DNA of 20,324 bases, filler included, from Trichodelitschia bisporula (lineage: Eukaryota), in assembly GCA_010356995.1 (NCBI GenBank). It is 11 parts of 11 records of this genome, joined end to end, with 100 filler letters (N's around TTAATTAATTAA, not from the genome) between each part and the next. Parts side by side here need not be neighbours in the genome. Positions count along the whole stretch, not along the records: positions 1 to 2,818 come from ML996720.1; positions 2,919 to 5,661 come from ML996721.1; positions 5,762 to 7,657 come from ML996722.1; positions 7,758 to 9,555 come from ML996723.1; 7 more parts are not named here. The stretch is one strand, 5' to 3'. Positions 1 to 8,358 of the stretch are shown in pieces. The notes below the pieces were generated by a model that saw only the letters and a list, made by a program, of their open reading frames with translations, did not search any database and was not told the origin of the DNA. The stretch's first letter is position 1. Each line of letters starts with the position of its first letter. A program made the translations under genes and the position numbers.

Positions 1-1
1 T

Positions 2-2335
2 GTATGGAGCACAGCTCTCGTCGACTTCGAAGTTTCGTTCTTCGGTCACCTGTCTTGTCCCTTCCTTCCAGACTTTGATGATGGATCCATTTGATCCATC
101 TGCGAATCCTACGAATCTCCCTCTTAATCCGCGTGGTGTGACTTTCTCAGACTGGGCTCGATGGTCGTTCTGATAGTACACAACACTTCCGAAGATGAGA
201 ATTCTCGAGAGGTCCGGTTTTGTGCCGTAAATGACTTCGTAGGGCGTTTTGCCGTCGAGTCGTCGCGCCGGGCTTCGTTTCTTCAGTTCGGCTGCATATT
301 GGATTGCAAGCGGCCAAAGGAATCGTGGAAGGTTCTGGTCAGACAACATTGCAGTTGCCTTCATGTGAAGGTGGAACTGTGTTACCTCCGCGAGGCCATT
401 CTGTTGTGGCGTGTCGCGGACCGTTGGGCGATGGGTAATTCCTTCTTCGCTCATCCAGCTTTGAAAATCGGTACTCATGAAGACGCCATCTCTGTCGGAG
501 AAGATGTAGGCGATGGGACTTTTGCCCTGAGCTTTCCGACGTGCTTGGAGGAGTTTGACGTGGTGTGGTGCTTGGTCCTTTGTGCGGAAGAGCCCTACAC
601 TTGCGCCTGTGGTGTAGTCGTCGGTCATCGATATGTATCCGCGACTGTGGTCGAATCCTTCTGGCTTGATCTGCGGCACGAGGTCCAAATAAATGATTTC
701 TCCCTCTCTTTCTGCGCGCTGTCTTTCGCCGAAGGGTCGTTTGCGAAGTTTGGAGCTTAGGCAGCACGTGCAGGTGGCGTGGTGGTAGCTGTCCAACTTC
801 AATCCGGTGGTGTTCTGCATGAGCTGCTTGAGATGGGAGTATCCGATGTGTCCCATTTTTCGATGTAGCTGCTCTGCTGACACTACCTTGGGCGACGATG
901 GCTTGGTGGCCAATGTCATGTGCGGCACGATTGCCGTCTTGGGAGTTGCCATGCGAATGAGGATGATTCCGTCTTCTTCGAATGCCATAGCAATCTCAAC
1001 GCCGTCTCTGTTCTTGATCCCTCCGTCGCTCCAATCGAGCATGAGTCCGGCCTTCTTCATCTTCATGGCTGAGAGAATGTTGATCGGGGAGTCCGGGTGG
1101 TACCAGACGTCGTTTACAGTATGGATGACTGTTCGACCGTCTCGAAGTCGGCATGGAAGTCGAATGGTTCCCTTGTGGGTGACATGAGTCGTTCCTCCGG
1201 TTCCGCTGAGAGTGCCTTCGGCTTCGTGCATTTCCGTGAACCAGGCCTTGTTGTTGCAGACGTTGACTTTGGATGAAGTGTCGTATGTGGTCTTCTGCCT
1301 GTCGGTGGAAGTGAAAAGACTGAGAGTGAGCCAGGATTCGGCTTCCGTGTTCTTTCCTTCTCTGCGACGGCTCTCCTGTCTTCTCCGCCATGCATCAGTG
1401 GCCTTGTCCGGATGCTTGAACCAGCAGTCCTCTTGCTCATTGCCTTCTTTCTTGCACCATGGACACGTGTTAGCGACGTGACTTGTGCCCATCCCTGGTT
1501 GCTTCCGTCGGTTCCCTGTGCTCTTCTGACCTTTCGAATTTGTCGCGAGCGAAACAGCCTTCGGTTGAGATTTCTTGTTGGCCAGCTCTTCATCCTGGAG
1601 TTGACTGATCAGGGTATCGTGCGAGAGCGTTTCAATTCCGGTGTCGCGTTTTCGATCCTGGAAGGAGGCGAAGTGCGATCCGAGGTTGTGGATCATCACA
1701 TGCTTGAGAATAAAATCGACGCTGATTTTATGTCGTGCGATGTCCTGGGTCAGGATCCCGAACTTGTTGGTGTAGTCCTCCATGTCCTTGCATGAGGCGT
1801 ACGTGGTTGTCCAGATCCTTTCGATCACGAGATACTTTTGCAGTTCCGTGTTGATTTTATACTGCTTGATCAAAGTGTCGATGACCCATCGGGCGGCCAG
1901 AATTCCGTCGACTTTGCGTGCTGGTATGTCCTCGCAATGAATGACGATGTCGTTGATCGCTTTGTCATTGTCGGGATGAAGTACCCAGTCGTCTTGGTCG
2001 TCCGTGAAGTCCAGTCCAAACTCGAAGTCCTGGTAATCTTCCGAGGTTCCGAACTTCGGTTGTTGTCTTCCCAGATCAGATCGATCCTGTCTTGGTGAAG
2101 AGGTCTTCTCAGTCGTCTCCGGATCTTTCGATGAGGGGTCCGATGCGCTGGAAGGGCTGATGTCCTTTTGACTTGGATGCGGAGGCGGAGTCGTTTGTCG
2201 CGTACTGAAGCGGTACGGTACAAATCGGACTGCGTCCCAGGTTCCCTTGGCGGTCATGTGCCTTTCGAGCCTGAACAGCCATATGGCCAAGTTAGAGGCT
2301 CCTTTCAGCTTCGGCACGCCAGTGTCGTTCGGCAT
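2..2335 (-). CDS. Ty1/copia family A gag-protease-integrase polyprotein, single open frame, runs off window start (absent from ORF track)
   Basis: Manual translation from ATG at 2335 (MPNDTGVPKLKGASNLAIW...) gives 778 codons without a stop. Motifs: knuckle CPWCKKEGNEQEDCW; protease region YDTSSKVNVCNN...NDVWYHPDSPINILS; integrase HHCC (LHRKMGH...CTCC); IIYLDL, FSDRDG and PQQNGLAE with exact D-35-E spacing; KTPYEVIYGTKPDLS. The PR-IN order is copia-type. Confidence 0.95.
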   Translation of the reverse strand, partial: MPNDTGVPKLKGASNLAIWLFRLERHMTAKGTWDAVRFVPYRFSTRQTTPPPHPSQKDISPSSASDPSSKDPETTEKTSSPRQDRSDLGRQQPKFGTSEDYQDFEFGLDFTDDQDDWVLHPDNDKAINDIVIHCEDIPARKVDGILAARWVIDTLIKQYKINTELQKYLVIERIWTTTYASCKDMEDYTNKFGILTQDIARHKISVDFILKHVMIHNLGSHFASFQDRKRDTGIETLSHDTLISQLQDEELANKKSQPKAVSLATNSKGQKSTGNRRKQPGMGTSHVANTCPWCKKEGNEQEDCWFKHPDKATDAWRRRQESRRREGKNTEAESWLTLSLFTSTDRQKTTYDTSSKVNVCNNKAWFTEMHEAEGTLSGTGGTTHVTHKGTIRLPCRLRDGRTVIHTVNDVWYHPDSPINILSAMKMKKAGLMLDWSDGGIKNRDGVEIAMAFEEDGIILIRMATPKTAIVPHMTLATKPSSPKVVSAEQLHRKMGHIGYSHLKQLMQNTTGLKLDSYHHATCTCCLSSKLRKRPFGERQRAEREGEIIYLDLVPQIKPEGFDHSRGYISMTDDYTTGASVGLFRTKDQAPHHVKLLQARRKAQGKSPIAYIFSDRDGVFMSTDFQSWMSEEGITHRPTVRDTPQQNGLAEVTQFHLHMKATAMLSDQNLPRFLWPLAIQYAAELKKRSPARRLDGKTPYEVIYGTKPDLSRILIFGSVVYYQNDHRAQSEKVTPRGLRGRFVGFADGSNGSIIKVWKEGTRQVTEERNFEVDESCAPY

Positions 2336-2419
2336 CTTGGTTTTGGGCAAGGTCTAATCGATTCAACAATTTCGGATCGGGTCGTTATGGTTGACGAGTG
2401 ATCAATGAGCTTCGCAAAC

Positions 2420-2433
2420 CCGGGCTCATAACC
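2420..2433 (-). promoter_or_regulatory. Primer binding site GGTTATGAGCCCGG (complementary to initiator tRNA-Met anticodon arm)
   Basis: Directly follows the ...CA end of the 5' LTR on the minus strand. Same type as the Ty5 / Drosophila copia PBS. Confidence 0.88.
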
Positions 2434-2690
2434 TGTTGGCGGAAGTGCTCAAAGAATTGTGTGAGAAAAGATTGATTGCCCAGCTTGTTGCCTTCTCTAG
2501 TTTACAGAATGAACAGTATATATCCGTGATGGGTCTCCAGGATGTTCCTGAACTTCATCGGACTTCCGGCGTCGTCCATCGGACTTCCGGCGTCGTCCAT
2601 CGGACTTCCGGCGTCGTCCATCTTCGCCACTTCGGTGTTCGCCGTGCCAAGCCTGCCTTTCTGGGTAACACGACATCGGGTATGCCGACA
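2434..2690 (-). mobile_element. 5' LTR of copia family A (257 bp)
   Basis: Termini TGTCGGC...GCCAACA with an imperfect inverted repeat, internal TATATA, followed by PBS and gag. Near-identical to the LTRs at 12054-12487. Confidence 0.95.
2556..2622 (+). repeat. 21-bp tandem repeat CATCGGACTTCCGGCGTCGTC x3 inside the LTR
   Basis: Three exact copies (2556-2576, 2577-2597, 2598-2618) plus CATC. The other LTR A copies have a single unit. Confidence 0.97.
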
Positions 2691-2818
2691 GACTCACCCC
2701 GTGAGAGGGAGTTGGACGAGCCGCACGAGCCGAGTCCTGCATCAGAGCATCACGACGAGCCCATTGAGCTGCGCGAGCCAACCGAGCCATATATGCCAAC
2801 CGAGCCAGATCAGCCAAA

Positions 2819-2918
2819 NNNNNNNNNNNNNNNNNNNNNNNNNNNNNNNNNNNNNNNNNNNNTTAATTAATTAANNNNNNNNNNNNNNNNNNNNNNNNNN
2901 NNNNNNNNNNNNNNNNNN
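2819..2918. other. Artificial contig spacer N44-TTAATTAATTAA-N44; repeated at 5662-5761, 7658-7757, 9556-9655, 11425-11524, 13280-13379, 14874-14973, 16449-16548, 17804-17903, 19117-19216
   Basis: Ten 100-nt spacers with the same core, which has stops in all six frames. Flanking contigs fall in descending length. Confidence 0.99.
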
Positions 2919-3035
2919 TGCAGCCAGCCATTGATGGGCCAAAAATCCGAGAGCGTCCGCATGGCTCGAGGCGCTTGTGTGTGCTAGCCAGTGCACGGCG
3001 ATCGCTTCACGAAGCTTGCCTGGTACGACAAATTC
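2919..3035 (+). repeat. 117-bp exact duplicate of window end 20208-20324 (contig-end overlap)
   Basis: TGCAGCCAGCCATTGATGGG...GGTACGACAAATTC is identical at the start of contig 2 and at the end of the window. Confidence 0.97.
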
Positions 3036-3866
3036 CACCTGACGCATCAGTCGTCGGACGTGAAGTTGTCCAGCATGTACCCGACGGTCACCGCAGAAAG
3101 GCGTCAACACCTATTAGAAGCCAGTACAAAGCCAATATGCGGCGGAAGACATACCGCTGCCGTCGAAAGAGATAGCAGAGAACCGCGCCTGCAACCGCAA
3201 CAAGGGCCCCTTCGCGCGGGTATACATCTACACGATGACGCGCCACCTGGAATCTGACGCTGGGGAAGGAGCCGGCGTGCGTCGATATGGATTGGCTGAA
3301 GGAGGGATTGGCGACAACCTACCCGAACAAAGCGTCAGGCTGGTCGGTGGTGATGAGATGCGTCTTCATGCTAGGCGTCTTTAGGGAGAAAGCAGATGGC
3401 AGTGGCAAGGCATCTCACGGCGTGACTGGTCCCTATACATATCGTCAGCGCTGGACAGCGGCGAGGAGAGATGTAAGTCCCAGAACCACGCCCCAACGCC
3501 TTGCGGCGATTTAAGCATGACTATGCAGTACGCGCAGGCCGCTTGGTGGGCAGCTGTGACCCATCCGAGCTGTTCCTGTGGCCCCCGCTTCCGGTGCAGG
3601 TTGCGGAGCGATGAAGGAAGAAGCCCGCACTCTGCGTGCACTCGGTCGAGCTCGAGCAACTTCGAGCAAAGCAGAGATCCAGGTATAGTGGCGATGGCGG
3701 GCAGCGGAAACGTGGAAGACGGGGAGAGAGGGCGACGTAGCCAAAGATGTATGCCCTGCAAAGAATGTTTGACAGTTAGCGGTACTGCATGGACAGGTGT
3801 GTAGAATGTAAAGTATAGACATACCTGCCAGTTGCAAGTTGCTATCAGCATAGGCTGTGGCCATAC

Positions 3867-4085
3867 GTGGTCCGGGCTGCCGTGGATCGCCAGGTCGAAG
3901 CCGTCCGGCTCGGTGACGCTAAGATGTCGCTTCAGGCGTTCCGCTTTGTCCGGCGTCGACGCGACGTGCACTTTACGGCCGCTCGGGTGGAGGAAGTGGC
4001 GCAGCCGCCGGCCGGTGTGGATGGCATGGCCGTGGATGTGGTGCGAGTGCGGGTGGTCGCCCTTTTCCAGGTCGGAGTCCGCCAT
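3867..4085 (-). pseudogene. First exon resembling the N-terminus of fungal LtrA (low temperature requirement A)-domain membrane proteins; remainder not found
   Basis: MADSDLEKG...HTGRRLRHFLHPSGRKVHVASTPDKAERLKRHL...FDLAIHGSPDH, then GTATGG donor. Recalled similarity only. The downstream sequence lacks the expected continuation and transmembrane region. Confidence 0.55.
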
Positions 4086-4376
4086 CTCAGCTGCTCACCG
4101 CTGGCGGCCATAGTCTTTATCAAGTACGCGTCGACTCGGCGCTGCCTCTGCGCGACTCCGAGCTGACTAACTGTGGCGTTCAGCCGCCCCGATTAGCGAT
4201 GAATCAGCGCCGTGCAGCGATTCGGGCTTGGGTGCGGATGGCGCCAACGCGCAAGGCGGACTGCATCTGTCGTGCTGTCTCGATGCCATCGGTGTCTGCG
4301 TTTCGGGAGACTGCCAGATCGGCGTTTGGAGCGTCTGCCGGCGGCGTTGCTGGGGTAATCTTACACCTGTTGCCCC

Positions 4377-5431
4377 GTGCCTAGCTGGCAGGTGACGCCC
4401 CAAATCCCTCCGCGCTCCAACGGCACGCTCGACTATGAGCGATGCGCCGCCCTGCACAACTTCATTGCGCAAGTCGCCTGGGTTGGCGCCGGAAACAGCC
4501 TCCAGGATCTGGCTCCACGCACCTGGTGGGATAACTGGGGGAAAGAGGAGCAGGCTGATCGGCTGGCGCCGTCGCTTGTCGAGTTCCTGAAGCGTGCGCA
4601 TGTGCTTGATAACGGGCTCTACTGGTTCTATTACGTTGGCGGCCTGTACCCACCGGACATGATGTTCGACCTTGAGATTATCTACCCGTACAGCCCCGCC
4701 ATTCTCGACCACACGCTCGCCGCGTATTGCGAGCTCATCTGCGCTATTAACGAGCGCCGCCCATCGCTCAGCACCACCCCGTGGATGGCTGGCCTCCGAA
4801 GCGGATCTGGACAACGCCGATATCCGCAGCCCGTTTCTTCGTGAGTTCCTCGCCCGCGCTCCGGCACCGAACTTTTCCTTTATCGCCCCCGGAGTTGCCG
4901 TGCAGACGCCGGCCCAGCTGGCGGGCCAGCTACACAGGGATACGGAGGTAACTTCCCATGATTGAATCTCATTCGGCCCGATGCTGCTCTTCCGCGGTGT
5001 CGGCGACATGATGACCGGGCTGGATAGCGGCATCTTCGACAATGTTACTACGCACCTGTCCGGCCTTCACCTGGCATATTTCTCCCCCCAAGATTACAAT
5101 CCCTTTACCGATGGTGTTAAGTTCATCCTGCCGTACGCCCTCGGGGGCGCCGGGTTTGCTCGCACAAGTGATGGGTAGCCGATGGGTGCGGCTCGGGAAT
5201 GAGCCGGAGCCGCGAGGTGTACACGACAATCTCTTCGACATGGGCTTCAACCCGTCTATGGATGCGCATCCGACGCAGCTGTACCACGTGCTGGAGCACT
5301 GGACAATGCTGGTGCAGGCGGGGGTATGGGAGGTGGGCGAGGACGGCGTCGAAGGCGGCATAGAGAAGTTCAAGGAGGCCGATACGGAGGAGCGCTGTGA
5401 GTGGTACGTGATTGAGCAATACTGGCAGTGA
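4377..5431 (+). pseudogene. Disrupted gene of an uncharacterised fungal protein family (LDYERCAxLHN ... GVWxVGxxGVxGGI)
   Basis: Protein-like blocks split over three frames: LDYERCAALHN...WFYYVGGL; FLREFLARAPAPNFSFIAPG; VKFILPY...ARTSDG; LYHVLEHWTMLVQAGVWEVGEDGVEGGIEKFKEAD. Frameshifts near 4785 and 5175, in-frame TGA at 4963-4965. Start uncertain. Confidence 0.7.
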
Positions 5432-5542
5432 TTGCGCTTGTGTGCCATGACTGCGGAGAGTTGGAGGGTTCACTCAAGAGGTCTTTTCTCCTTGGAGTCG
5501 CTGCGAAAGCTGGTGATGCTACAAGTCGTCGACAGAGAAGGT

Positions 5543-5576
5543 ACCTCCGCACCTCCGCACCTCCGCACCTCCGCAC
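5543..5576 (+). repeat. Minisatellite (ACCTCCGC)x4
   Basis: Four exact 8-mers at 5543-5574 plus AC. Confidence 0.95.
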
Positions 5577-5761
5577 TTCCCCGCATCCTCAACCCCGCAG
5601 CCCGTACCCCGCGCTATACCCCGCCATGTGACGTCACCGTTTTTTGCAGCGAACACAAAGANNNNNNNNNNNNNNNNNNNNNNNNNNNNNNNNNNNNNNN
5701 NNNNNTTAATTAATTAANNNNNNNNNNNNNNNNNNNNNNNNNNNNNNNNNNNNNNNNNNNN

Positions 5762-7603
5762 GACACGTCGCAGCGAGAAGAACGACAGCCTTACCAGCCT
5801 TATCTTCCTTCACCAGAAGAAACACCGATGCCCGCTACAAAACCAAGACAGGCAACGCGAGACATCAGCAGTAGCATATCCGCTTCGAATATTGTTGAAG
5901 GACCAAGAAGCAGAAAGAGAAAGGAGGCATATCTTGCCGAGCTCCAGCAAGTCAACCAGCTCTCTGCCTACCACTCTGCTTTCAGCGCAGGCATCAGTCA
6001 GAAACCGATGAGGCTACACCGAGATGGCCTCCCTCCGCCTCCAAAGGACTGGAAAGAACTGCAGCGTCACCAACACAGAGATGGTTTCATGGACGCAGCA
6101 AAGAAAGAGTACGAGGAACTCAAACGGCGGACTACGTTCCAAGCAGTCACTCGTCCGAGGAACACGAAGGTTTTACCCCTGATTTGGGTATTTACCTACA
6201 AATTTGACACGAATGGATACTTGCTCAAGTTCAAAGCGAGAATCTGCGTACGAGGAGATCTCCAGCCTGGGAACTCGGAAGACAACTATGCAGCAACGCT
6301 CGCGGCAAGGACTTTCCGCATGCTTATGGCTATCACGGCCATCGCAGATCTCGAAACTGCACAACTGGATGCCATCAATGCGTTTGTCAACAGCCCCATC
6401 GATCAAGTCGTGTATGTGGAATTCCCGGACGGATTTCAGATACCCGGCATGTGTCTGCAGCTTCTCAGAGCACTCTATGGATTACGACAATCGCCAAAAC
6501 TGTGGCATGGAGAACTTTCAAATGTGCTCACGAAGCTCGGTCTAGCCCGAGTGGACGACGAGATTTGCTTGTTCACAAATGGATGGCTCACCGTCTTCTT
6601 CTTTGTTGACGACATAGCCATGATCTACCCGAAGAAGCACACGCAGAGCTTCTATGACTTCAAAGCCGCTTTGATGAAGGAATTCGAATTCCACGATTTG
6701 GGAGAACTCAGTTGGTTCCTTGGAATTCGCATTCTCCGCGACAGATCACAGAAGAAGCTGTGGTTATGTCAAGACTCATACATTGAGAAAATTGCAAAGC
6801 GCTTCCACCTAAACGAGGGGTATGACAAGGGATACACGACTCCATTGGCACTGGAAACCCTTGAAAAAGCAACGCCGCTCGAGAAATCCACCCCGCAGCA
6901 GACATACGCCTACCAGCAAAGGGTTGGATCGATTCAGTACGCCGCGACCATTACCCGACCAGACGTGGCAAGAGCAGCAGCAAAGCTTGGTGAATTTCTG
7001 CAGAATCCAACAGCAAAGCATCTGCAGGCCGCAGACAGGGTGATACGATACCTCCACGGAACGCGAACGCTCGCAATCGAATATTCCGCTGAGAAAGATG
7101 GGACAATCTTTCAAGTCAGCAGCGATGCAGCCTTCGGAGATTGCACAGCATCGAGGAAGAGTACCGAGGGTTATCTCTTCAAGCTTTGCAACGGACCAAT
7201 CGACTGGAAATCTACGAAACAGAAAGCAGTCACCACATCGACGACTGAAGCCGAGCTACACGCCTTAGCTCACGCTGTACGAGAGACGTACTGGTGGCAA
7301 CGCATCTTTCACGCGATTAGCTTTGATCCAGGCCATGCGATTTCGAACGGATGCGATAATCAGCAAACGATTCGACTTCTCACCTCGAATGTGCCTCAGT
7401 TTACAACAAAGCTAAGACATGTAGACATAAACCATCATTGGCTTCGGCAAGAAGTTCAGGCTGGCAGAATTCAAATCCATTGGATTGAAACAGCCAACAT
7501 GCCAGCAGATGGACTGACGAAGGCTTTACCGATGCAAAGGCATAAAATTTTTGTCAAGCAAGTAGGACTTGTGGACATCTCAGACCAAGTCCACGATTCG
7601 TAA
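5762..7603 (+). CDS. Ty1/copia (family C) pol C-terminal part: reverse transcriptase + RNase H, 5'-partial, uninterrupted
   Basis: Frame is open from the contig start. RT motifs: WVFTYK...KFKARICVRGD, QLDAINAF, LRALYGLRQS, FFVDD, FLGIRI. RNase H motifs: SDAAFGD, STTEAE, CDNQ, RHVDI, ADGLTK. Confidence 0.96.
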   Translation, partial: DTSQREERQPYQPYLPSPEETPMPATKPRQATRDISSSISASNIVEGPRSRKRKEAYLAELQQVNQLSAYHSAFSAGISQKPMRLHRDGLPPPPKDWKELQRHQHRDGFMDAAKKEYEELKRRTTFQAVTRPRNTKVLPLIWVFTYKFDTNGYLLKFKARICVRGDLQPGNSEDNYAATLAARTFRMLMAITAIADLETAQLDAINAFVNSPIDQVVYVEFPDGFQIPGMCLQLLRALYGLRQSPKLWHGELSNVLTKLGLARVDDEICLFTNGWLTVFFFVDDIAMIYPKKHTQSFYDFKAALMKEFEFHDLGELSWFLGIRILRDRSQKKLWLCQDSYIEKIAKRFHLNEGYDKGYTTPLALETLEKATPLEKSTPQQTYAYQQRVGSIQYAATITRPDVARAAAKLGEFLQNPTAKHLQAADRVIRYLHGTRTLAIEYSAEKDGTIFQVSSDAAFGDCTASRKSTEGYLFKLCNGPIDWKSTKQKAVTTSTTEAELHALAHAVRETYWWQRIFHAISFDPGHAISNGCDNQQTIRLLTSNVPQFTTKLRHVDINHHWLRQEVQAGRIQIHWIETANMPADGLTKALPMQRHKIFVKQVGLVDISDQVHDS

Positions 7604-7624
7604 ACAGGAAAGCAGTGCCTGGCT

Positions 7625-7657
7625 GGGGGGGTGTGTCAGACTGAGCAATGACGGTAT
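7625..7657 (+). mobile_element. Polypurine tract (GGGGGGGTG) and start of 3' LTR (TGTCAGAC at 7634)
   Basis: G-run about 20 nt after the pol stop, directly followed by TG; the contig ends inside the LTR. Confidence 0.75.
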
Positions 7658-7757
7658 NNNNNNNNNNNNNNNNNNNNNNNNNNNNNNNNNNNNNNNNNNN
7701 NTTAATTAATTAANNNNNNNNNNNNNNNNNNNNNNNNNNNNNNNNNNNNNNNNNNNN

Positions 7758-7999
7758 CACCCAGCCACTGCGGGATGAAGATCTAGAATCTTCTATGATG
7801 ACAAATTGAGTATCTGGAGTATTCTTCCTGACAAATTGGTCAGATCAATGGAAGATACTGGAAGTCAGACGTTGTGTATATAGTCACTCATTCCCAACCT
7901 CATTCAGAGGTCGAGCTAGTCAGTCAGAGAGATCAATTGATACATTGGTTTTGGCTCGAGCAGTAGCCACTGCTAGTTTCCACGACAAACCCTCAGACA
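7758..7999 (+). mobile_element. 5' LTR (5'-truncated) of a copia element, probably family C
   Basis: Ends ...CAGACA immediately before the PBS; TATATA at 7877-7882. The GACA end pairs with the TGTC start seen at 7634. Confidence 0.75.
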
Positions 8000-8012
8000 G
8001 TTATGAGCCCGG
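8000..8012 (+). promoter_or_regulatory. Primer binding site GTTATGAGCCCGG (half-tRNA iMet type)
   Basis: Same motif as 2420-2433, adjacent to the LTR terminal CA and upstream of gag. Confidence 0.85.
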
Positions 8013-8358
8013 GTTGCTTTTGCTAGCAAGCCCAGCACGACGACCAGATTCCTGGCACCACGATCCTTTTGCCATTGCGATAGAATTCCCGAGGGATTCC
8101 AGCAACGACGGCAAAACGCGACGATCTGCGCCACGACGACGAATTTTGCCACCGAGGTAGAATCACGGCGATTCTTACCATTTCCGGCAATACCTCCGAC
8201 GATCTTTGCCACAGCGGCAAAGCCACAACACCCGCCACTTCGGCCCGAATTTCTCCGGATTCCCTCATTGGGAACGACAGTCCGAGAAAGAGCGAACATA
8301 GGCTCGACAGCCTATTAAGGTCACGCATTTGACCACCCGACAAACGACAAACGAAACC

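Noticed and set aside
161..2401. Numerous plus- and minus-strand short ORFs in the track
   Set aside because: They are shadows of the minus-strand gag-pol frame 2335->2.
2420..2433. tRNA-Met gene (CCGGGCTCATAACC on plus strand)
   Set aside because: Only the anticodon arm matches, with no acceptor, D or T arms. It is the PBS complement.
2863..2874. Recurrent TTAATTAATTAA as a biological repeat or CRISPR-like array
   Set aside because: It is always centred in 44+44 Ns, so it is an artificial six-frame-stop linker.
2436..2874. ORFs with HRTSGVV / SSIGLPA / DGRRRKS repeats (also 11990-12319)
   Set aside because: They are translations of the LTR 21-bp unit, with no coding evidence.
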